Source of the DNA: Welwitschia mirabilis
Taxonomy: Eukaryota
Direction: 5' to 3'
DNA length: 64,000 nucleotides
NCBI GenBank assembly: GCA_051453625.1
Contig: JBOZIK010000001.1
Span: 18,135,247 to 18,199,246 of the forward strand
Shown: positions 1-13,812 of the stretch, in pieces
How the letters are laid out: each line of letters starts with the position of its first letter
Position numbering within the stretch: position 1 is the first letter of the stretch
Notes under the pieces: generated by a model
Database searches by the model: none
Told to the model about the DNA's origin: nothing
Seen by the model: the letters and a program-made list of their open reading frames with translations, nothing else
Program-made: the position numbers and the translations under genes

Positions 1-31
<31 letters not shown>
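1..31. repeat. (TA)n microsatellite
   Basis: Pure TA dinucleotide run at the window start. Confidence 0.95.
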
Positions 32-34
<3 letters not shown>

Positions 35-3000
35 TATCTTGATTCATTAAAGTAAAAGGATTGCAAATATATGCACTGCAACAGGGTTTTAGAAAAATAA
101 TAGAATAGTAGTAAGAAGAATAAGAAGAAAAGATTTTTCATGATCTATCATCTGTTTGCTCTCTTTCTCTTTACATTACTTCACATGTACCTCAAACAAT
201 GTGTAGAAGAGCTAAAATGCCTATTGAAGAATCTTATCATATTTCTTCTTATCCTCTTACTTCTCCTCTTTATCTTCTACATTTTCCTTCTTTTTCTTCT
301 AGTAAAATATTTCTACAATAAGTACTTAACAGTTAAAATACTTGGATAGAATAAGTATTTAAAAGTTAAAATACTTGGATTTGTAAGTTGTGAAGAAAAA
401 AAATAAGATCACTAAAAATTAGAAGAAAATTACACACAAACATGATGAAGTTGATCAAAAATTAAGAGAGTAATTTCTTATAGATGCTTCATTAGTTAGA
501 CTTTTTCCTTTTTTTTCTTTCTTATGTATGATAGTTTAGTTTTGCATTGCTTTACATTGTTTTCTTTTCTTTTCTTAGTTGTAATAATATGACATGTAAA
601 AAAGCATCTTTTTTCTTTTATGTACCTCCTCATGTTTGCACTAATTACTCTTAAAGACATTAGTTTTTTATCTTTTTAAATTTGAGGAAAAAGTTAAACT
701 TTGGTTGGGGTTATGACATTTGAACTTAAATTTTTTTTTAATACATCATCTCTTTAAATAAAATAAAAAATTAGTTAAAATATTTCAAGTTTTCATCATT
801 TTTACATTATGCTTAAATGTTTTCACTTATAAATTTTTCACTGTTAGTCATCTTTATCACATTTTTGTTAAAAGCTAGTAAAATTTTAGTTGGAGGTTAT
901 GTTAACCTCTAAATATTATGATTTATTTTGAGTATTCTAGGAAATTTTAGCATAGTTAAGATATTATTTTCATTTTTTAATTATAAAAACATGTCTTATA
1001 CCATTTTTGATGTCATATATAACTTTGTGCTTTATTCCATAACATTTCTAGATAGTTTAGAGTACATACCAATTTAGAAGTCATATCTAGAGGAATACTA
1101 ATTTGGAAGTCATGTCCTAGATTCATCATTATGAGACAAGTTATGTGTAGTTTCAGGATACTTATTTGCTACATCTAAATATTTTGCTATGTTTAGCCAA
1201 AAATAATAGAACCCTAGATGTCAAAATCTTAACTCTAATTTTCAATATAAAAATGCCTAGAACCTCTTTTTATATTAATCTATCTTGGAGAATAGAATAG
1301 TATTTGGAGTTGAAATAGCTTCCTATTATGTATACTTTTTAATTCCCTTTCTTTTGAAAATAGGATAGCCTTGAGGATAGCATGATATTTCAAATTCAAA
1401 GTTAATGGTTTCCTTCTATGATGTAATTAGTTATTTTTTTCTACAATAAATGTCATTGATTTAATTCCTATTTCAAGTTATGATTGTTTTCATCCTTATA
1501 ATGCTTGAAGGGAATCTATATGTTTATCAAGTTTATAATATTTCTTAAGTGAATCTTTATATTTATTTTTTAATTTCATGATTTGATCTAATTTGGTAAT
1601 TTTTGGGATACGTTTTTTACTTCTTATGCTTATAAATAGACTATGAAGGCTAAGAGTAATTTAAGGATATTACCATGATGTATGTGGTGTACTTGTAGCT
1701 TTGTAGTGATCCAAAATTATTTTAGTATACATTAGAATCATTCTTTCACAAGGATATATGTGATAAATTTAATCAAAAGATACAAGATTATTTTACTTGA
1801 AATACAAACTCAAATAAAATAAAGTTAGAATTTTGAGAAATAGATGATCTTTGATCAATGATGTAACGGAACATAAATGCTCCAAGGATCTAGTGATTCA
1901 TCCAACTCTCCTCCTTTATTATAATGATTCTTGTATCTTAAAACTTGAAGATTAAGTAATATCCACCTAAAAATTACTAATGCTAAATAATCATGTAATA
2001 ATAATGAAAGAATGAAATACACTTAGAACTAATCCTATCTAAATATTACTAATGCCAAATTGATGTGTAATAATAATGAAAGGGTTTAAACTAAGTATAG
2101 AAATAATTATATCTAAACATTGCTAATGCCAAATTAATGTGTAATAAGAATGAAAGGGTTAAAAATAGCTCTTATATAAATTACATCAATAAAGGAGAAG
2201 AATAACTCCTTAACTAGCCTTGGTTTCTTTCATTCCTAAGAAAGGTTATTAAAGCATCATAACATCCTAGCATCCAAGTCACTCCCACATTAAGCTAATC
2301 ATTCAAGACCCTTTTATAGATGAGGAAAGGCTTAGATAGTTACATCATAATTGTATTAGATGGCAATTACATAAGGGGGATTACTTAAGGATGGTTACAT
2401 AAGGAAGGAGTTACAAATGTGTTTCACATGTAGCCATAAAAAGGATTCTTTATCTTTAAGTACAAACATGATGATGACATGTTCTTTGACTGTTTATGGT
2501 GTTGCCAATAGATTCCATGTCATGTATCTTTGTCTTGATCATCCTCATTATGCCACATGTCACTGTGATGTATTAATTTGTATTTATGCCATGTGTCACT
2601 AGAGTTTAAAATTAACTTTAATTTATTTCTAACTTCACTCATATGCACAATGTGATAAACTTACAAAATTATAATAGGGATATAAGATTGGTGCATGTTC
2701 TTCTTAGAAGGCCAGTGGAATTGATAGTCCTAGCCACTGGCACTAGTATTTGATGCTAAAATCCTTTAAGGTCTTACACGGTTCTTTAGAAATTAACAAC
2801 AATCCTACTAATTCTAGGAAAAAGTCTATAATTTCATTAAAAGTAATAAAAAGGGTATAAAACATTAATATGTAATAAAATAATGCATTTTAATGTTTCT
2901 CCCTATATTAAATTAATCAATTACTTGCTAAGAATGTTAATTTTAGCATTCAAACATGGTAAATGAGATAATATCACCATGTTTGAGCTTCATTATTACT

Positions 3001-3353
3001 TAGAATAAACTAGGGATTAATGTAGAACAATGCATATATTATGGAATGTAAGTCTTTTGTCTTAGTAAAATAATCATGTTAGTACATAAGAATTACGATA
3101 CATTCTTAATATTTTATTCATTGATCTAAAAACATTTTCTTTTTTCTCTCAACTTAAAACATCACTTAGATACTTACTAGAATAGTTTTGTCTTGATTTA
3201 CTAGTATTTATATCACATCCAGACCCTGAGAAAGAATGACACTGGGACTATATTACAAAAATAAAACTCGTAGTATTTTTATTAGTAGAAGTTAAGATTT
3301 AGCCTCATAAGAATTATACCTCTAAGACAATATTATATCACTATATATCAACA
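32..3353 (+). mobile_element. 3' portion of an Athila-like gypsy element (H): internal 3' region plus putative LTR 900-3353, interrupted by solo LTR G
   Basis: 680-730 and 865-899 resemble the reverse complement of X's 3' internal/PPT region (5260-5300, 5087-5120). TGTTAAC starts at 900 right after the purine-rich tract, and a TATCAACA end lies at 3353. Confidence 0.4.
1690..2956 (-). mobile_element. Solo LTR (G) related to the X-family LTR
   Basis: 2180-2956 is colinear with X LTR 52240-53009, ending AAACA. Left end TACTTG matches TGCTTG at 3372. Flanks are TGGTG (1685-1689) and TGGTA (2957-2961), a 4/5 TSD match. Three ~70-bp tandem repeats at ~1965-2165. Confidence 0.6.
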
Positions 3354-3371
3354 TCAGGATACAATCATAGT

Positions 3372-5086
3372 TGCTTGTCAAAATTTATTCATTATATTAT
3401 AAAGATGAACATGAATAAAAACTAAGTAAGCATAGACTATTATTCTTTTACAAGGATAATTAGAATAAAATTAATAAAATTACAATAAGATTATCAATCC
3501 TATAATAAAATTAAAACAAAGAAAAATTAATTTTAAGATTTTACTAAACTTCATATTGAGCTATAGTGATAACAATCACTCAATACATGCTACAACTCAC
3601 TTGGTTATACTACAGTAAGAGGATAAAGGAGTGTTAATCCCCCATACTCCACTTAGGTTTACATCGAACAACAATGACTACATATGTAATCCCCCCATAC
3701 CATATATAGGGGATAAAAGAATGTTACTTAATCCTCCATACTCCACTTAGAATTGCTTGATCAACAATAGCTATCATATGTATTTCCCCCATATCATATG
3801 TAAGGGATTGGTGGATTGTGTAGGTTTCATTAGAGGTGGGTACCCTTATACAAGGGAAACGACATGGTAATGTAGGGAGAAGAACATGCTATAAAGGTAT
3901 AGCTCAACTTGTTCAAGAGTACATCTTTACTTCAATGGTATCATATAATCTTCTTAAAACATAAGCTTAAATTATTAATTCATAATATCTCAAAGCATGA
4001 TAACATAATCTGATTTGCCACATGAGTATTGGTGAATTAAATAGCTACTTTGATCTTTATAACCCTTCATAAACATAGAAAGTAAGGATAATTATACTTA
4101 AGATCTATAATATGATAGTGACTATAACTAGTAAACAAACTCAAAGAATTCACTTAGTGTCAATAGGTATTAATAATGTAGTCTTAGCTAAGGATTAAAA
4201 GTACTAGGTTACATGCACTAGAAATCAAAGAATGAAAAACTACTTTTGATGTTATTGAAACAAGATATAATCTCCTTTAAGAATTAAAAGTATAAGGTTG
4301 CTTGCACTAGAAGTCAAAGAATGAATAACCTATCTTGTATTAAAATAGGAAAATACATTGCATTAAAGGAGGAAGATTGCCTTGAAATAAGTTCATTCCC
4401 AAAGAAGATTCTTAAAAAGACATGTTGATCTGATGCTCTAAGTATTTCATTATGTTTGCCCAATTAAATATTCTTTACAATGAGGTTTATAGATGAGGGA
4501 ATGATTAAAAACTTTTAACTTGTAGTGGTTAATGGCAGTTACAAAAGTAGGGTTACACTTTGGATGGTTACAATTTTGGAGGTTATAATTTTTGTCATGT
4601 ATGATTTTTTTTATTTTCTTGTGGTAATGACATGGCCTTTGAATGATGATTCTATTGCCATCAAATGCCATTGACATGTGTATTTCATATCATTATACTT
4701 ATCTATACCCCATGTCACTACCATATGTTACTTACATCTCCATCACATGTCATTGAAGTTAATGATCATTTCTAATTTAATGTTTTATTAGGCTCATAAG
4801 TGGAATGTGATGCAATTTTCATGAAAAATTTAAAATGTAGCTTTTAACCTATTATACTCTAAGATACTAATAATGTCATTAAACTAGAGGCCAGCATCAA
4901 AATTTTATTCAGATGTTCTTCAATTTTCATCATGTCCTTTAAAAAGTAGTAATTAATCTGAATTTATCATGTGAAAGTGCATAAGTTCATAAAACAAAAA
5001 TGGCATAAGATGTAATTTTATGATAAAACTACTATTTTAATATCTTCATCTATGCTAAATTAATCAAATATACTTATTTTGAAATA
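3372..5086 (-). repeat. 3' LTR of element X
   Basis: Direct repeat of 51535-53009 (e.g. 3940-4330 vs 51795-52190), with ~300 extra bp at 3560-3865. Confidence 0.8.
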
Positions 5087-7187
5087 CACCTCCTAACTAG
5101 ACTTTTGCTAATCTCTTAGCAAAACATTGATAAAGAAATGATCAATGAAAAAATTGTCTAAGGAAATATTCAAGCATGGAAATGATATAACTTTTTTAAA
5201 AAATTGATTTAATTATTTTTTGAAAAATAATCATCAAAATTAGTAGAACTCATTGAAAATTAAATGTCATACACCTAAACCAAAACTCATCCTTTTCCTT
5301 AAAAATATTAAAAATTCTATACAACTTTTGAAAACTTTCTTAAAAAAGAATCTAATTACATAGTTTTTATTATATTACAACCTACAAAACTACTTTAATG
5401 TAGCACATTATTATGTAAAACAAAAACTATAATGCATAGAAGAATAAAGTAGAGATACTCTTAGAAATGATGATTAATCAATTGCTTTACAAATTAGGAT
5501 TATTGTAAATGTGAGAAGAATGGAGCCCAATGTGAAAATGAAAAAAATGAAGAGGCAATGTAATGGTTGGAAATGGATTATAGTTAGTTTTTTAAAAATT
5601 TAGAGTAATAAAAATCTGAATAAATTATAGTATATGATGTCTTGAAGAGTTTGAAAGTAAAAATTAAGAAATTAATAATGGAACTAACTAGAATTAATAG
5701 TGGAACTAGCTATTTAAGAAGTTTGAGATTAAAATTTTATGAAAGGGATATTAGCTAAAATGAAATGATTTGGTGTTATAAGATGAATTCACTGGTGAAT
5801 AGAATGGATAAAATAGGGATGGAATACAAATTTTCACTACATGATAAACAATCATTACAACTAGATCTTTTATTTATAATGCATTAGAATGGAAATGAAA
5901 ACTAGTACAAACAACCTATGAATGTGAAAGATAAAATTACCTAGGATGATAACTAATTTTATTGGTTTTTTTATGAATTTTATGTTTATTCAAATAGATC
6001 ACAATATAAAACAAATAATATATTCATTAAACAAACTTATAAAAATTTAAAAATTAGGAAGCAAATTTTTAAGTACATAAGTTAAAGCAAATAATCATAA
6101 AAGTATCTCCAAATCTCATCTTTTCTTTTCCATAATTTACCTTTTTCATGATAATACATGTTCCTTGTTTTAAACATTTGAATTAAATTAATCATTCAAT
6201 CTTATGAAATTTTTTTACAATAAAATTAAACATGTTATTTTTTAAGGAAATCTGATCATGTCATAAATAGATTATTAGAGTTACATGCCAATGAATGTCC
6301 ATAGCGCTAATCATAATAAAATATATTTTTAAAGAGAAAATATTATATTATCTTTTTATTCTACTTCTAGTATTTATTTTCTTAATGAAATAGATGGGGC
6401 CATTGGCTTGTTACCATAATCAAGAAAGATCTTATTCTCATAAAATGCTTGAAAACAAATAACATAATATAAATGTATATTCCACCTTTTTCAACTATAT
6501 TTTTCAATTTTAGAGACTAATTTTGAAGACTTCAATTGAAAATAACCTTAACAAGATAATTAAAAAATAAGATAACTAAAAAACAAGCATAAGCTTTTCT
6601 TAAAAAATTTGAGTGAACTTGAATTCTACATAAATTTCTTTGATAAGATGGTCATTTATTAATAGCTCATTCATCAAGGGTTATCAACTAGAATTATCAA
6701 GTACTATAAAATCATGAATGAATGGTAAGGGATGTACTTAATGAGGTAATATAAAAATGAATTGAATGTACAAAATGTTTTAAATGTGTGATGATGTTCA
6801 TGATCATTGATAAGAAAATATCCTTGAGTGTTGATGAGTTGGTTTCACTTTGGAAAGTGTTGTCATAAGAAGATTTTTATAGGAAATGTAATATGTAATG
6901 TTTAAAAATTTTGAGATTATAAGGCTTAAAACTCATCCCCAAGAACTAGCTTCATTGAGCTCTACTAGAGTTTTGAAGCTCTTCTAGGCTTAAGTAGATT
7001 TGGAGTGTAGGAGGCAGTAAGGCTTGAAAGGCCTAGATTAGTGGAGGTAGTTTTGGTCCCTAGACACGGAGTATGGGGGCAATTTTGGCCACCAGAAAAT
7101 CATTCTATGGGTAAGTTACAAAACTTTTTCATATAGTAATTGTAATCCTTTTTTAGGGTTTTTTTTTTCAAGGGGTTTGACTTCAAC

Positions 7188-8042
7188 ATGAAGAAGACTC
7201 AGTTCTCTAGAAAAGGGAAATCCCTAGTATTGAACATTGATAAAGATCCCTATAGTGAGATTAAGGAGAAACTTAGATATAGTCTAATTGGAAAGTTTGT
7301 CTCTTCTAGTCCTTGACTAAGGTTGGATTAGATCCTTGAATGAGTTGCCACTAAATGGATAGAAGTTAACAAAGTTGATGTTATTGCAATACCGAATGGG
7401 TTGGTGTTATTTTAGCTAGATAACAAATGAGATTGGAATAAAGTAATTTTGAGAAGACCTTGGTTTTTTAGGATTTGAGGTTTCATCCTAGCCAAATGGA
7501 TGTCAGGGATGTAATCAGACATGATTTTATTTAAGAAGCTATGCATCTGGATTGGTATCCATAAGTTGGGATGAAGATCTATTAAGAAAAATGATAGCTC
7601 AATTTAGTAAACTCATCAAACTTAACAGAATCACTATTAAATAGAGAAAACTAGTGTTAGCCCAATTTTGCATTTGGATAAGCGTAGAGGATATCAGAGA
7701 AATTCAATCTATAAAATTTATATTTAAAATGGGGTATTTGTGAGTTTGATGTCACTTACAAGAATCTTTTGGTTTCTTGCATAGTATGTAAAAAATATAA
7801 ACATCTCTCTGGGAGATGTGCTCCTCCTGAAAATAAATGTTCACATTGTGGAAGATTGGGTTATCTAAAAGAAGAAAGTAGAAAACAATTGATTAACATT
7901 GAATAAAAGCCAAAGGAAACCTATACTTTTTATGGGAAAACTAGTCACAATCATAATATATATCAGTATGAGTAAATGAAGGAATAAATGGAAAAAAGTA
8001 ATACTATTTTTCTTAAGGAAACTAAAGATAGCAAGAAAAAGA
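7188..8042 (+). pseudogene. L1 ORF1, N-terminal part (DUF4283 plus zinc knuckles); remainder at 23024-23260
   Basis: Translates to KEKLRYSLIGKF, IPNGLVLF*LDNK*DWNKVILRRPWFF..FILAKW, CIVCKKYKHLSGRC and KCSHCGRLGY, with stops and frameshifts. Confidence 0.85.
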
Positions 8043-9584
8043 TGATAGGATCGAGAACCCTAGAGGGGGAGTGAATAGGTTCTTTAAAAATTTAATACAA
8101 TATACAAAATGAATCCAATCTAAAATAGAACTTGCATACAAAAATAAACTAATCTAGAATGTGCATAATATAAAAAAATGATAAAAGTAAAGAAACAAAA
8201 ACTGAAAGCATAAAAATACCAATTTGATACAAGCTAGATTTATAGTGGTTTGAAAAACCTCCTACTCCACTCTCAACGATCTGCTTATCCCCAAGCTAGA
8301 TCTTGGATCTTTGTTTCTCAACCAGGTATTCCAGGTTTACTTGTAAGCTTTACAAATGGACTTTTCTAGGCTTAGTCTCAATCTTTAGAATGGACTTTTT
8401 AAGACTTAGTCTCAAATTTTAGAATAGACTTTTTAAGACTTAGTCTCAACCTTTAGAACACATTTTTCAAGGTTTAGTCTCAACCTTTAGAATGGACTTT
8501 TTAAGGCTTAATCTCAACCTTTCACAAAGTAAGGTAATGATGTAATGATGCCTTTAGAGAACAGATATAACTTATTCTTGATTTAGTAAAATTGATGAAG
8601 CTCTTCTCCTATAGAAGAAAAACAAATAAAGCTTTTGATCTAACCTTAAAGGTAGAGAGGATGCCAATAGTAGATATCCTTTAGTTAGAAATATATATGC
8701 CAAGATACAATAGTGAAAGTCATCCCAAATAAATACTTGATCCTTTAGATCCAATAGATTTATTTAAATGAAACTAGTTCCAAAAATATTCTTTGGTCAT
8801 CTATGTTCTAGCTATTTATATTGGAAGTATTTTATGGTTTATTACATTTGAAATGCACTTTCAACAACTATAAATGGCTAGAAAACAGCTACTCTATGGC
8901 TATACAATAGATACATAACATTTAGAAAAATTTTACTTCCATTTCATCTGGTCGACTTTACAAAAATCCAGTTGACTCCATGTGGTGTTGTGAGTTACAT
9001 AAGTCATCTAAGTAAGAAATTTGGTTATCCAAATTTATTATGGCTCCCTATCTAGTCGACCTCATCTAGGATTGTTCGACCCCAGTCTAGTCAACTGCTA
9101 CTTTATCAAGTCACCCACTTCTCTAGTAAAATTACTTTTTCAGTTTCCTGCATTGAGTCTAGTTGATCCCACGACAATCGTTTTAGGCATATCAGTGAAC
9201 CCATCATAAGTCTGGTTAATCCCTTATCATTCAGTTTGGGATACTGTTTATCAAGTCCTCAAATTCAGTTGACCCCATAAAAGTCTATTCGACCCCTTTC
9301 CACTTGGTTTAGAAATGCTAGTTCTCGAGGTTAGAGGTTTGATCGACTCCATCAAAAATTCGGTCGATCCCTCTGGATGAAATTTTATTTTTCTATCTAC
9401 TTCAAGTGGAGTTGATCCCATCTTAAGGGTAAGTAGAATGATACATTTTTAGTGCTTAAAAGTTTGATGATTTTAGTTCCATATTTTGACCTGCAAGTGA
9501 TTTAACATCTTCTACACAAGATACACAAAATTTTTTATACAAAAAATATTATTTTGATATTAATTGACAAAACATAATCCAAAA
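8043..9584 (-). repeat. 3' LTR of array A
   Basis: Starts TGATAGGATC on plus and is homologous to the blocks at 13813 and 20882. Five 34-bp tandem repeats at ~8346-8520. PPT remnant follows at 9585. Confidence 0.88.
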
Positions 9585-10189
9585 ATTTCCTATTTTAACA
9601 TTAATGTCAAACAATACTTAGTTTTGAAAAATTAAACTCTTAGAAAATCTTTCCTTTACAAAATTCCTATTTACAAAATAATATTCCTTTTGTAACAAGT
9701 TAAGACATTTTGAATCAATCAAATTTTGTGCTTTAAATAAAACAATTTAATATTCACATGTGAGAGTTTCAAAAGGCACAAATTTATGATAAGCATAATG
9801 TAATCATGTAAACTTATTTAACATTGAATCAGATGTCACAAATTATAGTTTATTTACAATGTTAAAAAACTTTAAATTTTTCAAGTTAAGCACTTAGAAT
9901 ATCAAAAGAAAAACATATTTAGCATATATAGTTTGGAAAGGCATAAATAGATTTGAGATACCAAATGAAACACAATTTTGTGCTAAATTAGATAAGTGAA
10001 TTTCATTAGACAAAAGAAAACATTACAAAGTAGAAGTACAAGCATTAGAAACTAGAAGCTCTCATTAAGAGAATACAACTAAAATCATAAAAAACATTTA
10101 GCAATACATAACTAATTCTTCGCCTTTTAAGATCAATAAAAAGAAGAGAACATAAACACAAAACATAATCTAAAGGGAAAAAAAAAGTC

Positions 10190-11234
10190 CAACTCTTCTT
10201 CTTCTTTTTTTTTTCTTCTTCTTCTTTAGAGTCTTCCTCTGACTCTTCTTCATCACCTCCTATGCAATCTGAACTAGTGGCCTCTGTGGCGGTATCAGCA
10301 ATATCATAACTAGCTGTAATGAGGGCTTTCTTCATGTGTTTAGTACGAGAGTCAATCTGTCTCAGATATGAAAGGGTCTCATTAAGAGAGGATTTCTTTG
10401 GAAAAAGAGATTTCAAAAATTTCTTATAAAAGGTAAAGATGTGCATGCGAGATAAAGTTGCACATCTAATGGGTGCCATGGATAAGAGGGTCTCCAGTTT
10501 TAGATGAAAGGTAACATAAATATGGCAGAAAATACTTGTGATAAGCATAGAATAGAGTAAAGCCTTAGTTTTGTGATACTCTAGTTGTGAGACCATATTC
10601 TTTAGTAATATGGCAGGAGCATTAATAGAATGCTCAGTCCCTATCAAATACATTAAATAGGCTCAATAGTAAAAGGCTTTATTACAATGTCTAGCCAAAG
10701 GTAAGAAGTTATAGATAAAAATCAAGTAGAGAAAGTGATATTTTAAAGTTGACAAAGAAGTAGACAGAGTGTGCTTCCAAGTATGCATCTTACCATAAAT
10801 ATCTCTGGTGATTGTAGGTTTATCCTCCATGATGTCCCTAAGAGGCCAAAACTCTTCTAGTTACCCCTTGAAAGGTTAGTTAGCTTTGAAATAAGATTGG
10901 CTGTCACTCTTGTCCGCTTGTCCAAAACGAGGGTTTCAAAGGTCCTAGAGTAATGATCATAAGAAGTATTACAGTAAAACATTCAAGTGAGAAAAGAATA
11001 TGTAGAACCAGAAACATCCAAAAAGTGATCAAGATCTTAATTTCTCAAGAGTTGAATAACTTTCCTAGGCTCTCTAAGGTTTAAAGTGGTTGCCAATCAA
11101 TCCTAGCACATTCCTTTTTTCTCAAACTTCTCTAAGAACTTGTCAATGTCCTCCTTTAACATCCCCTAGTAGAAAATAGTTGGATCCCTTGAAGGGACCT
11201 CCTTCACTTTCCTCTTGGATGAACTTTCAGCTAT
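10190..11234 (-). pseudogene. env-like (extra) ORF of Sirevirus, unit A1
   Basis: Includes the 202-aa track ORF, a YSFLT*MFYCN..TFETLV motif like plant-transposon env-like proteins, and an acidic tail. Lies between truncated pol and the PPT. Confidence 0.7.
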
Positions 11235-11659
11235 TTTAGGACTTTATAAGCAAAAAGGCTAAGAGAAAAACACTAGATCTAGAAGCAAAGCTCTAGATCT
11301 TAAAGAAAAAGCATTAGATCTGAGAGCTAAAGAGGGATAGAACATAATGAAATCAATTTAGGATCTCTTTCTTTTATAGGTTATGCGAAATAAGGTGAAA
11401 TGAAGAAAGAAATCAAGTCCATCAATGGTACTTCCACACTATAATCCATCAGGTTTGGTCAACTGCTTAAGATTTTGGTCAACCCATTGAGATGTGGGTC
11501 TAGAGTACTAGAAGGGGTCCGGGAGACCAGGCTTTTAGGCTGGTCATCCAGCCATTCTGGTCAACCAAATCATAGATCTGATCAACTGCCCTAAAATTAG
11601 CCAAAGGATAACAACTAAACCTTCAGTTCATTTTCATAATTGACAATTAAGTTATAGAC

Positions 11660-13747
11660 ACAGGGTGTTACACTAGAATTCCCCAAAAAATGTTCCATTT
11701 CAGCAAGATTTAGACTAACATCATAGTTTGCATGAAATAACTGATTAATCAATTTAGTATCTATTTTATAAATATTATCTACTTATTTTGCAGAAAATAA
11801 AAAAATATTTGTTTTCTCGTTTACAACTTTGTATTTTGATTTTTCAAAAATTACTTTGTGACCTTTGTTACATAATTGACTAACACTTAATAAATTATGT
11901 TTCAATCCATTTACATAAAGCATATCATCAATTTTAGGCAACTTACCTTCCTTAATTCATCCTATACCTTCTATTTTTGTTTTTTTGTTGTTTCTAAAAA
12001 TGATTTCTCCTCCATTTATACTCCTCAAGTATTAAAAGCTTGATTTTTCTCATGACATGTGCCTTGATCAACCACTGTCTAGATACCAAGAGTTTATACT
12101 TGTTCCTCTGAGAGATATTTATGTTAGAAAACTTTAAATATTGTTAGCGCTAATCCACTTAGTCTTATTAGACATAGGTGGTTCAATTCTCTTAGGAATA
12201 AATTTAAAAGGTAAGGTATTCGCAATTTCTGAGAAAAGTGTTAATTGTCTAATTTTGCAAAAAAAACTTTAAATGACCAAATTTACCATCAAAATTACAT
12301 GAAAGTTTAGAATCATACTTACTCTTCTAATTTACTAATTCTTAAGATTTTTGCAAACTAAAGCCAATACCTCATCTGTCTCTAGTAGGTTTTCACACTC
12401 TAAGCAACTATTCTAATTTAGAAGAGCTATCAAATAATTTATTTACAAAAAAAAAGATCTTTTACTTAAGAAATTAGGCTGGTATTGTCAGATGTTAGCA
12501 TATTATATTTCTCTTGCAATTCCTCGTTTTCTTTGGTGATAGTCTTCATTGTTCTATTCAAATCATTTATCTTCTTAGCTAGCTTTTCACATTCTTCATA
12601 CAACTCCTTACATGTGTCTTCTAACTCATCCTTTTCTTTATTTATCATATCCAAATCATTAATCTCTATTGTACTAGGATTATCTTTGAGTGATGTCACA
12701 AAATCCATAAAGGACAACCTTCTATCTCTGTCTAATTCTTAATTTGAGTAGCTTTCATCATCATCATTATCTCCATTATTCCATGTAGTAATGAATGAGG
12801 GATTGTTTGATTTTCTGTTATCTCTTCTTGTGTTAGGGCACTCATTTCCATATGACCAAATCCTTTGCATGAGTAGCATTAGATCTCTTTACCTTTTCTT
12901 GCTCCTTTCTATGTTTCAAATGATTCCTTTTTGCATTTATACTTGATTCTCCTTCCTTTTTCTTCTTATGAAGAAATTTTCTGAATCTTTTAACTAGAAG
13001 AGCTACTTCATCATTATCCAAGTCCTTATCTGATCTATCAGATCTATAGTCTTCCTACACACATTTTAAAGCAATACCTTTCTTCTTATCCTTAACAAAT
13101 CTAAGATCATAATTTTGCAAATTACCTTGAAGTTCTTCTAGTTCCATTGTATTAATGTCCTTTCTCTCTTTGATGGCTGTGACCTTTAGTTCAAATTTCT
13201 TTGGTAGAAATCTCAAGACTTTCCTTGTTACTTTTCTTTCCCCCATGTGTTCTTCAAGGCTTGTCATTGAGTTTATAATATCAGTAAGTCTAGCAAAAAA
13301 TTCTTGCAATATTTCTTCTTCATCCATATGGATATATTCAAATTTCGAAATAAGCATTTAAAGTTTTACTTATTTTACAGTTGAGGTTCCTTCATGTGCT
13401 ACTTTGAGAATGTCCCAAACTTCCTTAGAATGATTACAGTTTACTATGTGTTTGAATTCATCTATACACACTGCACAAAATATGGCATTAAGAGTATCAG
13501 CATCTATGGTGGATTTTGACTTGTCAGTGATGATCCATTAATCTCATGTTTTGGGAACTAGGATAGTGTTGCTAGTTACATCAGTTTGAGTTAACATAAG
13601 CATAATGTAATCTTTGTAGATGACTTTTTCTATGTCAGCATCTAAGAATCTAAGAAATATTCTCATCCTAACTTTCTGGTAAGCATAGTTTAACCCATCA
13701 AACATAGGTATATGAATGGTGAAAAAACCATTAAATGGATTACTAAT
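11660..13747 (-). pseudogene. gag: Copia gag-protease, truncated at the GAG-pre-integrase region, unit A1
   Basis: FDGLNYAY, UBN2-like EEEILQEFFARLTDIINSM, zinc knuckle CYSCKGFGH, coiled coil, protease WYLDSG*SRHM and HNLLSVSQLC. Confidence 0.9.
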
Positions 13748-13797
13748 TTTAGGGTTCTAAGGTTAAGGTTGGTTAAAATCTAAAGAAGGCTTAACTT

Positions 13798-13810
13798 AGC
13801 TCTAATATCA
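13798..13810 (-). promoter_or_regulatory. Degenerate PBS (tRNA-iMet), unit A1
   Basis: TGATATTAGAGC versus canonical TGGTATCAGAGC, 2 nt from the LTR end. Confidence 0.75.
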
Positions 13811-13812
13811 AA

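Noticed and set aside
140-349. Hydrophobic 69-aa ORF (similarly 40286-40471, 41106-41444)
   Set aside because: Low-complexity T-rich TE sequence yields F/L/I-rich frames by chance; no recognisable motif.
8346-8520. 34-bp direct repeats resembling a CRISPR array
   Set aside because: Repeats are contiguous with no unique spacers, lie inside LTRs of a plant retrotransposon, and have no cas genes nearby.
12485-13361. Plus-strand ORFs overlapping gag (also 20225-20431, 33256-33567, 35772-36077, 24373-24555)
   Set aside because: Antisense shadows of decayed TE coding frames.
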